From positions 1-32,042 of IMG/VR virus record IMGVR_UViG_3300044260_000039: DNA of 32,042 nt, one strand, 5' to 3'. Source of the DNA: a virus (taxonomy: Duplodnaviria > Caudoviricetes). Position numbers and translations under genes: made by a program. Each line of letters opens with the position of its first letter. The stretch's first letter is position 1. The notes under the pieces are model-generated. The model saw nothing but the letters and a program-made list of their open reading frames with translations, ran no database searches and was not told where the DNA came from. Below are positions 24,139 to 32,042 of the stretch, one piece after another.

Positions 24139-24612
24139 ATGGCCGAGCAGTGCAAAGCCAAGACGCACGGCGCGAGCGGCTACCGGGCCGGCGGCCGCTG
24201 CAGTGTTTGCCGTAAAGGACACTCCGAGGCCAACGCGAGATCCCGCGAGAACAAACGTCTCCGCGAGGCCGGGATCATTCCGCCGGCGGATCTGACCAAA
24301 CGGCCGCCGATCGAAACGTCGTCGGCGCCGGTGAACTGGGAATCGGAACCGGGCGCGCTCGAGCAGATCGTCGACGCCGAGCTAGACAAGCTCACCGGCG
24401 AGCCGGCCTGGAAAAATACGCTGTTCGCACTCGCACGCTACAACGCGCGGGTGCTCGATCAGATACCCGGCCTCGAGCGGTTCGATCTCGCCTCGGGCAT
24501 ACAGAGCCGGTTCCTTAACGTGCTTGACCGGCTCAACAAGGCCGGCGACTCTGCTGCAGGGCCCGGCATTGATTGGGACGCTGCAGCTCGCGAGCTCGCC
24601 GCTCCGGAGTGA
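24139..24612 (+). CDS. terminase small subunit (putative) with N-terminal zinc-finger-like motif
   Basis: GGAGG RBS; overlaps the terL start; HGASGYRAGGRCSVC. Confidence 0.65.
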   Translation: MAEQCKAKTHGASGYRAGGRCSVCRKGHSEANARSRENKRLREAGIIPPADLTKRPPIETSSAPVNWESEPGALEQIVDAELDKLTGEPAWKNTLFALARYNARVLDQIPGLERFDLASGIQSRFLNVLDRLNKAGDSAAGPGIDWDAAARELAAPE

Positions 24613-26066
24613 GCCGGCAGTTCGAGGCGATCCCGTACCGGGCGACGCCTCGAAACCCGCAGCGCGAAACGCTCGGCGGCCAGGTATCGAAGGTATTCGG
24701 CATGATCGACAAGCCGGCGATGCCCTGGCAGCGGCAGGCGCTCGACGTCGCGTGTGAGATCGACCCAGCTACCGGGCTCTATTGGTACAGGACGGTAATT
24801 ATCGTCGTGTTGCGGCAGGCCGGCAAAACCACAATGACGCGCGGGAAGCTCACGCACCGGGCCCTGTCTCAGCCGGGCGCGAAAATGCTCTACACAGCGC
24901 AGGACCGGAATAAGGCGCTCGAGCGGCTGAAAGAGTCGATCTACGAACCTCTCAGCAAGGCGCCGCACCCGATGATCTCGGGCAGTCTGAAAAAACCGCG
25001 CTGGTCCAACGGTTCCGAGTCTGTCGGCTGGCGCAACGGCTCACAGCTGAAAATCGACGCCGTCTCGAAAACGTCGGGCCACGGCGCGACGCTCGATGAA
25101 GTCCATATTGACGAGGCGTTCGCACACCGGGATAACCGGATCGAACAGAACGTGTCGCCGACGCTGATCACGGTCAAGGGCTCGCAGAAGTGGATCACGT
25201 CGGCGGCCGGCGAGTTTGAGTCGAATTTCCTCCGCTCAAAAGTCGTCATGGGCCGGGCCCTGGTGGAGTCCGAGCAGGACTCGCGAACGTGCTACATCGA
25301 ATATTCGGCCGATCCAGGCGCGGATCCGGACGATCCAGAAACGTACCTCTGTCACCCGGCGATCGGTTACACGATCGGGCTCGAGGACATTGTCGACGAG
25401 CGTACGAACATGGAAGCGGACGAGTTCGAGCGCGCCTATTTGGGCTGGTGGCCTAAAGCCAAGGTGCCGGATCCGGTCATTCCGCTGGCGTCCTGGTCGA
25501 CGAACCTCGCCGGCGCCGATGATCCCTCGCTCTGGCAGGGCCTGCCGCTGTGGACTGTCGACGTCTCGCCCGATCGCGAGTACGCCTCGATCGGGCTCGC
25601 GGCCGAGTCGATGGATCCGGGCGCCCGCTGTTTCCTCGAGGTCATCGAACGGCAGGACGGCACATCACATGTCGTCGATCGGCTGGTGCAGCTACGCCGC
25701 GAGAACGGCGGGAATCAGATCGCGCTCGACGGCTCCGGCGCCTCAGCCTCGCTGATCGATGATCTCGAATCGGAAGATCTCGAGGGCGGCCCGTTCGAGG
25801 TGCTGCAGATGAACGCGCGCGAGCGGGCCGCGGCGTGCGGCAAGTTTTACGACGACTCGCTGATCGGCCGGCTCCGGTTCCTCGACGATCCGCTACTCAC
25901 GGACGCGATGAAAGCCGCGGCCAAACTCAAATACGGCGACGCGTGGATCTTTTCTCGCGGAAAGTCACTGGCGGATATCTCGCCGCTCTATGCCGTCACG
26001 ATCGCCCGATGGGCGTTCGTCAAGCTCCGGCCGGCCGTCTATGACGTCGGCGACTCTATCGCCTAA
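24609..26066 (+). CDS. terL: terminase large subunit
   Basis: PWQ, Walker A VLRQAGKT, Walker B VHIDEA, nuclease VDVSPD and DISPL. Confidence 0.95.
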   Translation: MSRQFEAIPYRATPRNPQRETLGGQVSKVFGMIDKPAMPWQRQALDVACEIDPATGLYWYRTVIIVVLRQAGKTTMTRGKLTHRALSQPGAKMLYTAQDRNKALERLKESIYEPLSKAPHPMISGSLKKPRWSNGSESVGWRNGSQLKIDAVSKTSGHGATLDEVHIDEAFAHRDNRIEQNVSPTLITVKGSQKWITSAAGEFESNFLRSKVVMGRALVESEQDSRTCYIEYSADPGADPDDPETYLCHPAIGYTIGLEDIVDERTNMEADEFERAYLGWWPKAKVPDPVIPLASWSTNLAGADDPSLWQGLPLWTVDVSPDREYASIGLAAESMDPGARCFLEVIERQDGTSHVVDRLVQLRRENGGNQIALDGSGASASLIDDLESEDLEGGPFEVLQMNARERAAACGKFYDDSLIGRLRFLDDPLLTDAMKAAAKLKYGDAWIFSRGKSLADISPLYAVTIARWAFVKLRPAVYDVGDSIA

Positions 26067-26089
26067 CCACACTACGAAAGGGGCGACGC

Positions 26090-26299
26090 GTGCAGCTCTC
26101 ATTTTTAACGACGATCCTCGAGCTCGCCGGGATGCTCGCGATCGTTGCGGGCGTCGCGCTCGCGGTCGCGCTGCTGTTCATGCCGGCCGGGCTGCTGGTC
26201 GGCGGCTCCGGGCTGCTGTTCATGGCCTGGCTGATCGATTCCCGGCAGGAACGGGCCGCCAAGGCGGCCGCGGCCCGCCGGCAGGGCGGCACCGCGTGA
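26090..26299 (+). CDS. small two-TM membrane protein between terL and portal
   Basis: Hydrophobic sequence; position common in actinophages. Confidence 0.7.
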   Translation: MQLSFLTTILELAGMLAIVAGVALAVALLFMPAGLLVGGSGLLFMAWLIDSRQERAAKAAAARRQGGTA

Positions 26300-27495
26300 G
26301 CCTGCTCAGGGTTCAGCGGGACTCTACCGAATTGATCTGGCAGGGCCTGCCGATCCGCTCGCCGCGCCGTAACGGCGCGGTCGACGTGACGCCGGATAAG
26401 GCACGCACGCACTCCGCAGTGTGGGCGTCGATCCGGCTCCGGGCCGATCTGATTTCCTCGATGCCGGTCCAGTGCTACCGCAAGGTATCCGCGGACGGCC
26501 TCGAGGTCGCCGTGCCGACGCCGCCGGTCCTGACGATCCCGGCCTACCACGATGCCGGGCAGGCGCAGCCGATCGGGATCGCCGAATGGCTCTACATGAC
26601 ACAGAGCGATCTGGACTCGGTCGGTAACGCGTTCGGGCTCATCACCGCTAAGGACGGTCTCGGCCTGCCGGCGCAGATCCAGCCCGTCCAGGCGCAGGAC
26701 GTCACCGTAGCGATCCGTAAGGGCCTGCTCGATCACTACAAGATCGGAACGCAGGCCTACGCGCCCGATCAGATCTGGCATGAACGGCAGTATCCGATCT
26801 CCGGCTCGCCGGTCGGCCTCTCGCCGGTCGCCTATGCCGCGGCCTCGATCGGCGGGTATCTCTCGGCGCAGCAGTTCGCCTTGGACTGGTTCGGGAACGG
26901 CGCCGTACCGCAGGCGATCCTCAAAAACAGTAAGCGCACGCTCGACGCCGAGGAAGCCGGCCTGGTCAAGCGGCGTTTCAAGTCGTCCGTGAGTAACGGC
27001 GATGTGTTTGTGACGGGCATGGACTGGGATTACACGATGCTCGGGGCGAAGGCTACAGAGTCTCAGTTCCTCGAGGAAATGCGGTATTCGCTCTCCGATA
27101 TCGCCCGCTTTTTCGGGGTTCCGGCCGACACGATCGACGCGCCGCAGGAATCCGGGTCGATCACGTACGCGAATATCTCCCAACGGAATCTGCAGCTGCT
27201 GATTATGAACCTCGGCCCGGCGGTATCGCGGCGCGAGACGGCGTTGTCCAGGCTCACGGCCAACCCGCGCCGGGTCCGGCTCGATAGCGAATCGCTGTTG
27301 CGTATGGATCCACAAACACGGCAGCTTGTGCTCGCCTCCAAAGTCCAGAGCCGGCAGCTCACCGTCGACGAGGCGCGCGCCCAGGACAACGAACTGCCGC
27401 TGACGGCCGAGCAGATCGCGCAGACAAAGAACATTTTCGGGACCGTGCCGGCAAACGCCGCGCCCGGCGCAGTAGCTACAGCCGAGGGGGCATAA
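26296..27495 (+). CDS. portal protein (HK97 family)
   Basis: SAVWASIRL..ISSMP, GNAFG, GLSPV, SQFLE, IARFFGVP, TYAN, TVDEAR. Confidence 0.95.
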   Translation: MSLLRVQRDSTELIWQGLPIRSPRRNGAVDVTPDKARTHSAVWASIRLRADLISSMPVQCYRKVSADGLEVAVPTPPVLTIPAYHDAGQAQPIGIAEWLYMTQSDLDSVGNAFGLITAKDGLGLPAQIQPVQAQDVTVAIRKGLLDHYKIGTQAYAPDQIWHERQYPISGSPVGLSPVAYAAASIGGYLSAQQFALDWFGNGAVPQAILKNSKRTLDAEEAGLVKRRFKSSVSNGDVFVTGMDWDYTMLGAKATESQFLEEMRYSLSDIARFFGVPADTIDAPQESGSITYANISQRNLQLLIMNLGPAVSRRETALSRLTANPRRVRLDSESLLRMDPQTRQLVLASKVQSRQLTVDEARAQDNELPLTAEQIAQTKNIFGTVPANAAPGAVATAEGA

Positions 27496-28266
27496 GTGGA
27501 CTTGCAAACAATGATCGCCGCGGCGCAGGCGCGCGGCCAGGCAGTCAAGGCACCGGCGGATCGGCCGTCGCAACGCCGCAGCGGCGAGGCGCCCGGATCC
27601 GCGGCCCGCGTCTCGGTCCGGATCCAGGGGCTCGAGCTGAGGGCGCCGGCCGCCGGCGGCTCCGGGCTGCTGCAGTTCCGCGGCTACGCCTCAGTCACCG
27701 GCACCGGCTATGAAATGTATGACATGTTCGGCAGCTACACCGAAGAAGTAGAACCGGGCGCGTTCGGGTCATCCCTGGCGCGCGCGGATCTCGACGTTCC
27801 TCTCGTGCTGCAGCATCAGGATCTCCGCCGGATCGCGCGCACGACGAACGGCTCGCTCCGGCTCTCCGAGGACTCGAGCGGGCTGCTGGTGCAGGCCGAT
27901 CTCGACCCTGCCGATCAGGATGTGCAGTACATCGAACCGAAACTGCGCAGCGGCCTGATCGACGAGATGAGTTTCAAGTTCCGGATCAACGCCGGGATCT
28001 GGTCGCCGGACTGGCTGACCTACCGGATCCAGGACGTCGACCTCAACCGCGGCGACGTCGCGATCGTCGGCTACGGCGCCTCACCGCACACGGCCGGCTC
28101 GGGCCTGGTCATACCCGATGACGCCGGCGCACTCTCCGAACTCGCGAAACTCTCGCCCGCCGAGCAGCGCGCGGCCCTCGAGCACGTACGGCAACCCGCC
28201 GGCGGCGCCCGCTCACAGTTTGCGGATCTCATCACCGATGACGATCTGCAGTATCTCCAGCACTAA
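27496..28266 (+). CDS. HK97-family prohead protease
   Basis: FRGYASV..YEM, PGAF, H, LRLSED..GL, EMSFKF, DVAIV.Y. Confidence 0.9.
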   Translation: MDLQTMIAAAQARGQAVKAPADRPSQRRSGEAPGSAARVSVRIQGLELRAPAAGGSGLLQFRGYASVTGTGYEMYDMFGSYTEEVEPGAFGSSLARADLDVPLVLQHQDLRRIARTTNGSLRLSEDSSGLLVQADLDPADQDVQYIEPKLRSGLIDEMSFKFRINAGIWSPDWLTYRIQDVDLNRGDVAIVGYGASPHTAGSGLVIPDDAGALSELAKLSPAEQRAALEHVRQPAGGARSQFADLITDDDLQYLQH

Positions 28267-28408
28267 CGGCCGGGGATCAATCCCGAACATCGCGTGAAGT
28301 GATCCCTCGCGCCGCGCTCGCGGCCTGGCTTGGGGGATCTGGCCTGATCAAACGGGGCAGTCAAAAACACCACTCTGACGGCCGCACGGCCAGAATGGAG
28401 CGCCAAAA

Positions 28409-29860
28409 ATGGCACTCACGATCGACAAGCTGATCGCCAACAAGGACAAGGCGCGCGGCGCCAAGTTCGAGGAATACAACGATCTCACGGACGAGCTTAA
28501 GACGCTCCGCGCCGCCGAGTCCTACACTCCCGAGCAGCGGGCCCGCGTCGAAGAAATCAAGGTCCGCAAGGGCGCGATCTCCGGCGAACTCGACGCGATC
28601 GACGCCGAGATCGCCGATCTGAAGCGCGAGCTCGAGGACGACGACAAGCTCGAGCGTATGCAGGCCAAGGTCGAACGTTCCGACGCTGCCCTGCCGGCCG
28701 GCGATGACCGCGTGCGCGTCGGGCAGGAGCCGCGCACCTACACCCGCGAAACCGCGGCCTCGGGCCTGTCGTTCTTCCGCGACGCGTTCGGCCACGCACA
28801 GGGCGACATTGACGCCCGCGAACGTCTCGAGCGGCACGCCCGCGAGGTCAAGGTCGAAGGCGAAATGAGCGCGCGCGCCGTGGCCTCCGGCACATTCGGC
28901 GGCCTGATCGTCCCGCAGTACCTCATCGAAATGGCCGCCCTGAAACTCCGGGCCGGCCGTGGCGTCGCGAACATCGTAAGCCGGCACCAGCTGCCGGCCC
29001 AGGGCATGAACCTGGTCATCCCGCGCGGCACCACCGGGGCGAGCACCGACGTGCAGGCCTCGGAAAACTCCGGCGTCTCGGCTACCGATGAAGTCTGGCA
29101 GGATCTGACCGTGCCAGTCCGCACGATCGCCGGCCAGGCCGACGTATCCCGGCAGGCACTCGAGCGCGGCGACGGCGTCGACGAACTGATGTATCTCGAC
29201 CTCACTCGCTCTTACGCCGCGTCCCTCGGCTCGCAGCTGATCGGCGGATCCGGCGCGGCCGGCCAGGTCCTCGGCATCCTGAACACCGGCGGAATCGGCG
29301 CGGCTACCGCGTTCGGCGCCGCCGTCACCACAACCAACCTCAACAGCAAGATCGCCGGCGCCGAGGCGGCGATCTGGTCCGGCGGTATGGGCCTGGCGCC
29401 GGACGTGCTGGTCATGCATCCGCGCCGCTGGGGCTGGCTGATCGGCCAGGTCGACGCCAACGGCCGCCCGATCGTCGTCGCCAACACCAACGGCCCGCAG
29501 AACGCGTTCGGCGTCGGCGGATTCGGCGGCGACGCGCTCGCCGATGCTCCGGTGCAGTTTGTGGGCATCCACAGCTCGGGCGTGCCGGTCATGGTCGATC
29601 TGAACATCGGCACGGCAAACGGCACGTTGAACGAAGACGTCATTCTCGCGCTCGACTCCGACGAATTGCACCTCTGGGAAGACGGCGACGGAATGCCGAA
29701 GCAGCTCCGGTTCGAGCAGACTACCGGCGGTTCGCTCACGACGAAACTGGTCGTTTACAACTACGTCGCGTTCACCGCCGGCCGCTACCCGCAGGCCGTC
29801 GCCAAGGTCGGCGGTATCGACACCGTCGCCGGTAACGGCCTGATCGCTCCGGTGTTCTAA
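28409..29860 (+). CDS. major capsid protein (HK97 fold, N-terminal delta/scaffold coiled coil)
   Basis: Coiled-coil N-terminus; GGLIVPQY, GSG..GQVLGILN, VMHPRRW, DANGRP. Confidence 0.95.
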   Translation: MALTIDKLIANKDKARGAKFEEYNDLTDELKTLRAAESYTPEQRARVEEIKVRKGAISGELDAIDAEIADLKRELEDDDKLERMQAKVERSDAALPAGDDRVRVGQEPRTYTRETAASGLSFFRDAFGHAQGDIDARERLERHAREVKVEGEMSARAVASGTFGGLIVPQYLIEMAALKLRAGRGVANIVSRHQLPAQGMNLVIPRGTTGASTDVQASENSGVSATDEVWQDLTVPVRTIAGQADVSRQALERGDGVDELMYLDLTRSYAASLGSQLIGGSGAAGQVLGILNTGGIGAATAFGAAVTTTNLNSKIAGAEAAIWSGGMGLAPDVLVMHPRRWGWLIGQVDANGRPIVVANTNGPQNAFGVGGFGGDALADAPVQFVGIHSSGVPVMVDLNIGTANGTLNEDVILALDSDELHLWEDGDGMPKQLRFEQTTGGSLTTKLVVYNYVAFTAGRYPQAVAKVGGIDTVAGNGLIAPVF

Positions 29861-29875
29861 GCACCTGATCTGATC

Positions 29876-29917
29876 CAGCGCGGCGCCGGCAGCCCTCGAG
29901 GCGCCGGCGCCGCGCTG
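29876..29917 (+). terminator. strong hairpin after the capsid gene (terminator or mRNA stabiliser)
   Basis: 15-bp perfect stem CAGCGCGGCGCCGGC/GCCGGCGCCGCGCTG, no U-tract. Confidence 0.55.
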
Positions 29918-29954
29918 CTCCACACTCCACACACACCACAGGAAGGCCTCGATC

Positions 29955-30287
29955 ATGGCTGGCGAATACATCGACGATCTGAAACAGAACTACCGCGAAT
30001 TGCACGAGTCCACCGGCGAGCCGTACGCCTCGATCGCCCAGCGCGTCGAACTGTTCGGCGACAAGAATCTCGGCGCGTGGCTCCGCTCTCAGTCCGCGGC
30101 CGAGAACGCACCGGCCGGCACGGATCCGGCCACGGCCGCGCCGGTCGATCGACAGGCGCCCGGCAACGGCTCGCTGAAAGCCTCGGCCGACGCCGCTGCT
30201 GCTGCCGACGCCGCTGCTGCTGCCGAGGCTGCCGCTGCCGCTGAGGCTGCCGCTGCCGCCGATTCTGCCAAGTCCGCTAAGAAGTAG
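29955..30287 (+). CDS. hypothetical virion-module protein with (A5-E/D)n tail
   Basis: GGAAGG RBS; 18-bp degenerate repeats at about 30187-30263. Confidence 0.75.
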   Translation: MAGEYIDDLKQNYRELHESTGEPYASIAQRVELFGDKNLGAWLRSQSAAENAPAGTDPATAAPVDRQAPGNGSLKASADAAAAADAAAAAEAAAAAEAAAAADSAKSAKK

Positions 30288-30295
30288 GCCAGCCG

Positions 30296-31114
30296 GTGGG
30301 CACGGTAGACCTCGGCGCGGCGGTCGCGCTCGCGTGGGATACGGCGCCGGCCGGGTCTGCCGTGACGCTGAGTATCACGCAGCCGGACGGAACGCCGGCG
30401 GCCGCGCCGGCCGTGGCGGGCACGCCCGCCGTCGCCGGCACGCCGCCGAGTGTTTCGTTCGTTCCGGTCATGGCGGGCCGGCACCTGATCCGGTGGGCTG
30501 GCAGCTCGCCGGCGGGATCCTATACGGACGTGCTCGACGTGTGGCCGGCGGATCCGCGGTTTATTATCGCGCTCGACGACGCGAAAAACGCGTTGAACAT
30601 GAAGGGCGCGATCAACCCGGCCGACGTCGACGATCTCCGGCTCTATATCGCCGCGGCGACGCCGGTTATTGAGGATATCGTCGGGCCGGTCATCCCCGGC
30701 ACGTTCACGCAGACCGACGACGGCGGCGGGTGGGCGGTCCCGCTCTACAACAAGCCGACACGGATCCTGTCCGTCTCCGAGCTCGGCGCTCCGCTGGATC
30801 CTACCGGGTATTTCGCCGATTACGAGGCCGGGATCGTGTACGCCGGCCGGCAGCAGGCCACCCGCCGGTTTATGCCGGGCTATCAGTCCGTGGTGATCAC
30901 GTACACGGCCGGCGCGCAGCTGGTCGCGCCGAACGTGCGCCTCGCGACGCGTGAGCTGTTGCGGCACTGGTGGCAGATCGGCAAGCAGGCGACTAACTCG
31001 CGCTCGGCCGGCTGGGATCAAACCGCCGAGGTTTACACTCCCTCGGGGTTCGCCGTTCCGCGCCGCGTGATTGAGCTATGCGGCCGGCCGAACAAGCCGG
31101 GCGGGTTCGCGTGA
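30296..31114 (+). CDS. head-to-tail adaptor with N-terminal Ig-like extension
   Basis: LDDAKNALN..DDLRLYIAAAT..IE..GP, VVITYTAG, LAT.ELLRHWW. Confidence 0.85.
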   Translation: MGTVDLGAAVALAWDTAPAGSAVTLSITQPDGTPAAAPAVAGTPAVAGTPPSVSFVPVMAGRHLIRWAGSSPAGSYTDVLDVWPADPRFIIALDDAKNALNMKGAINPADVDDLRLYIAAATPVIEDIVGPVIPGTFTQTDDGGGWAVPLYNKPTRILSVSELGAPLDPTGYFADYEAGIVYAGRQQATRRFMPGYQSVVITYTAGAQLVAPNVRLATRELLRHWWQIGKQATNSRSAGWDQTAEVYTPSGFAVPRRVIELCGRPNKPGGFA

Positions 31115-31590
31115 GCGGCCCGATCCGCGGCACCGCGGCACCCGGTTACAAAAATGCGCTGTACGCCGCAGCTCAGCAGCTCTATGCCGGCTCTCCGGAT
31201 ACGGCGCAAGTGCTGGTGAGTTTCGGGCAGCCGGGCACGTTCGAGCCGGACGAGATTGTCAAGATCGGAATGATCACCACGGATCAGAGCCCGGCGACGA
31301 TCAGCACGAACCGGGCCCGCGAGGAAACTCTCACGCTCGAGGTAACTGTCAGTGTTCACCGCGGCGGCGGCCCGGATCAGGAGCAAGTCGCGTCCGATCG
31401 TGCCTATGCGCTGCTGCAGCTGCTAGCCGATTACGTCCACCACACCGACACAACGCTCGGCGGCGCCGTTCGTATGTGTTTTCTGACCTCCACAGAATCG
31501 GACGGGGCAACCGATCCCGATCTGATCGCGCAGGGCCGGATGATCGCGATCGTCGCGAAATTCACGGCAGCGGCACGGATCACCAACTAG
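31111..31590 (+). CDS. tail terminator/completion protein (putative)
   Basis: REE....V, RAY.LL, DTTLGGAV motifs; position in the head-tail module. Confidence 0.7.
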   Translation: MSGPIRGTAAPGYKNALYAAAQQLYAGSPDTAQVLVSFGQPGTFEPDEIVKIGMITTDQSPATISTNRAREETLTLEVTVSVHRGGGPDQEQVASDRAYALLQLLADYVHHTDTTLGGAVRMCFLTSTESDGATDPDLIAQGRMIAIVAKFTAAARITN

Positions 31591-31605
31591 AAAAGGGCTA
31601 AGTTC

Positions 31606-32042
31606 ATGCTTATTCTCAACATCAGTTCCCAGGGCGAGCTCGACGTTCCGCTGCTGGGAAAGATCGTCGGCATCAACGCCACGATCGAAGTCACCGAATC
31701 CCAGGCGCTCGCGCTGCTCGCACAGCACGGCGTATTCGCTCCGGCCGACGACGAGGCGCAGGAAGTCGCCGATCTCCACGCCCAGGCGCGTGACGCCGGC
31801 CTGCCGGCCCACGATCCGGCCAGCCCGCTGCCGGCTCCCGCTCCCGTTGCGGATCCCGCACCGGTGGACGTGCCGGCCGCTCCCGCGCCCGTAGACGCCG
31901 CGCCGGCCGCTCCTGTTGCGGATCCCGCACCGGTGGACGTGCCGGCCGCTCCCGCGCCCGTAGACGCCGCGCCGGCCGCTCCTGTTGCGGATCCCGCACC
32001 GGTGGACGTGCCGGCCGCTCCCGCGCCCGTAGACGCCGCGCC
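31606..32042 (+). CDS. 5' part of repeat-containing protein (MLILNISSQGELDVPLLGKIV...), continues at 1..320
   Basis: AAGGG RBS, ATG 31606, open to the end of the window, in frame with the 69-bp repeats. Confidence 0.8.
   Translation, partial: MLILNISSQGELDVPLLGKIVGINATIEVTESQALALLAQHGVFAPADDEAQEVADLHAQARDAGLPAHDPASPLPAPAPVADPAPVDVPAAPAPVDAAPAAPVADPAPVDVPAAPAPVDAAPAAPVADPAPVDVPAAPAPVDAA
31847..32042 (+). repeat. 69-bp tandem repeat; last 127 nt duplicate bases 1-127 (circular assembly overlap)
   Basis: Units start at 31847, 31916 and 31985; 31916-32042 equals 1-127. Confidence 0.95.

Noticed and set aside
26056-31021. Long antisense ORFs (26056..27573, 28361..29971, 30089..31021; likewise 4988..6376 and 3578..4525)
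   Set aside because: Shadow ORFs expected opposite high-GC genes; the + strand genes carry clear phage motifs

Overview
This looks like a complete, circularly assembled ~31.9-kb genome of a high-GC temperate siphophage of Actinobacteria. No lysin B is present, so the host is probably non-mycolata, e.g. Micrococcaceae or Microbacteriaceae (inference). Bases 1-127 are identical to bases 31916-32042, so the contig is a circle opened inside a 69-bp tandem repeat. Gene order on +: tail module (major tail, gp10-like, frameshifting chaperone, tape measure, minor tail proteins), then lysis cassette (membrane protein, collagen-like membrane protein, CHAP-like endolysin, holin). Next come an ORF-poor, highly structured ~850-bp locus, two leftward accessory genes and a cI/cro-like switch. 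These are followed by early genes (C5 DNA methyltransferase, replication-initiator/HNH-like protein with internal iterons, VRR-Nuc, DUF6221, HTH) and the head module (HNH, cos region, TerS, TerL, portal, protease, HK97-type capsid, head-tail proteins). The most striking point is that the phage has an immunity switch but no recognisable integrase, parAB or plasmid Rep. The slot where int/attP normally lies holds a non-coding locus with two convergent promoters, each overlapped by a shared 17-bp operator-like palindrome. One predicts a ~110-nt + strand RNA with complementary loops; the other predicts a ~500-660-nt - strand structured RNA whose 5' end carries twin hairpins with identical loops. 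This is a candidate RNA-based prophage maintenance/replication system or a new large phage ncRNA. All product calls rest on motif recognition and synteny, not database searches.
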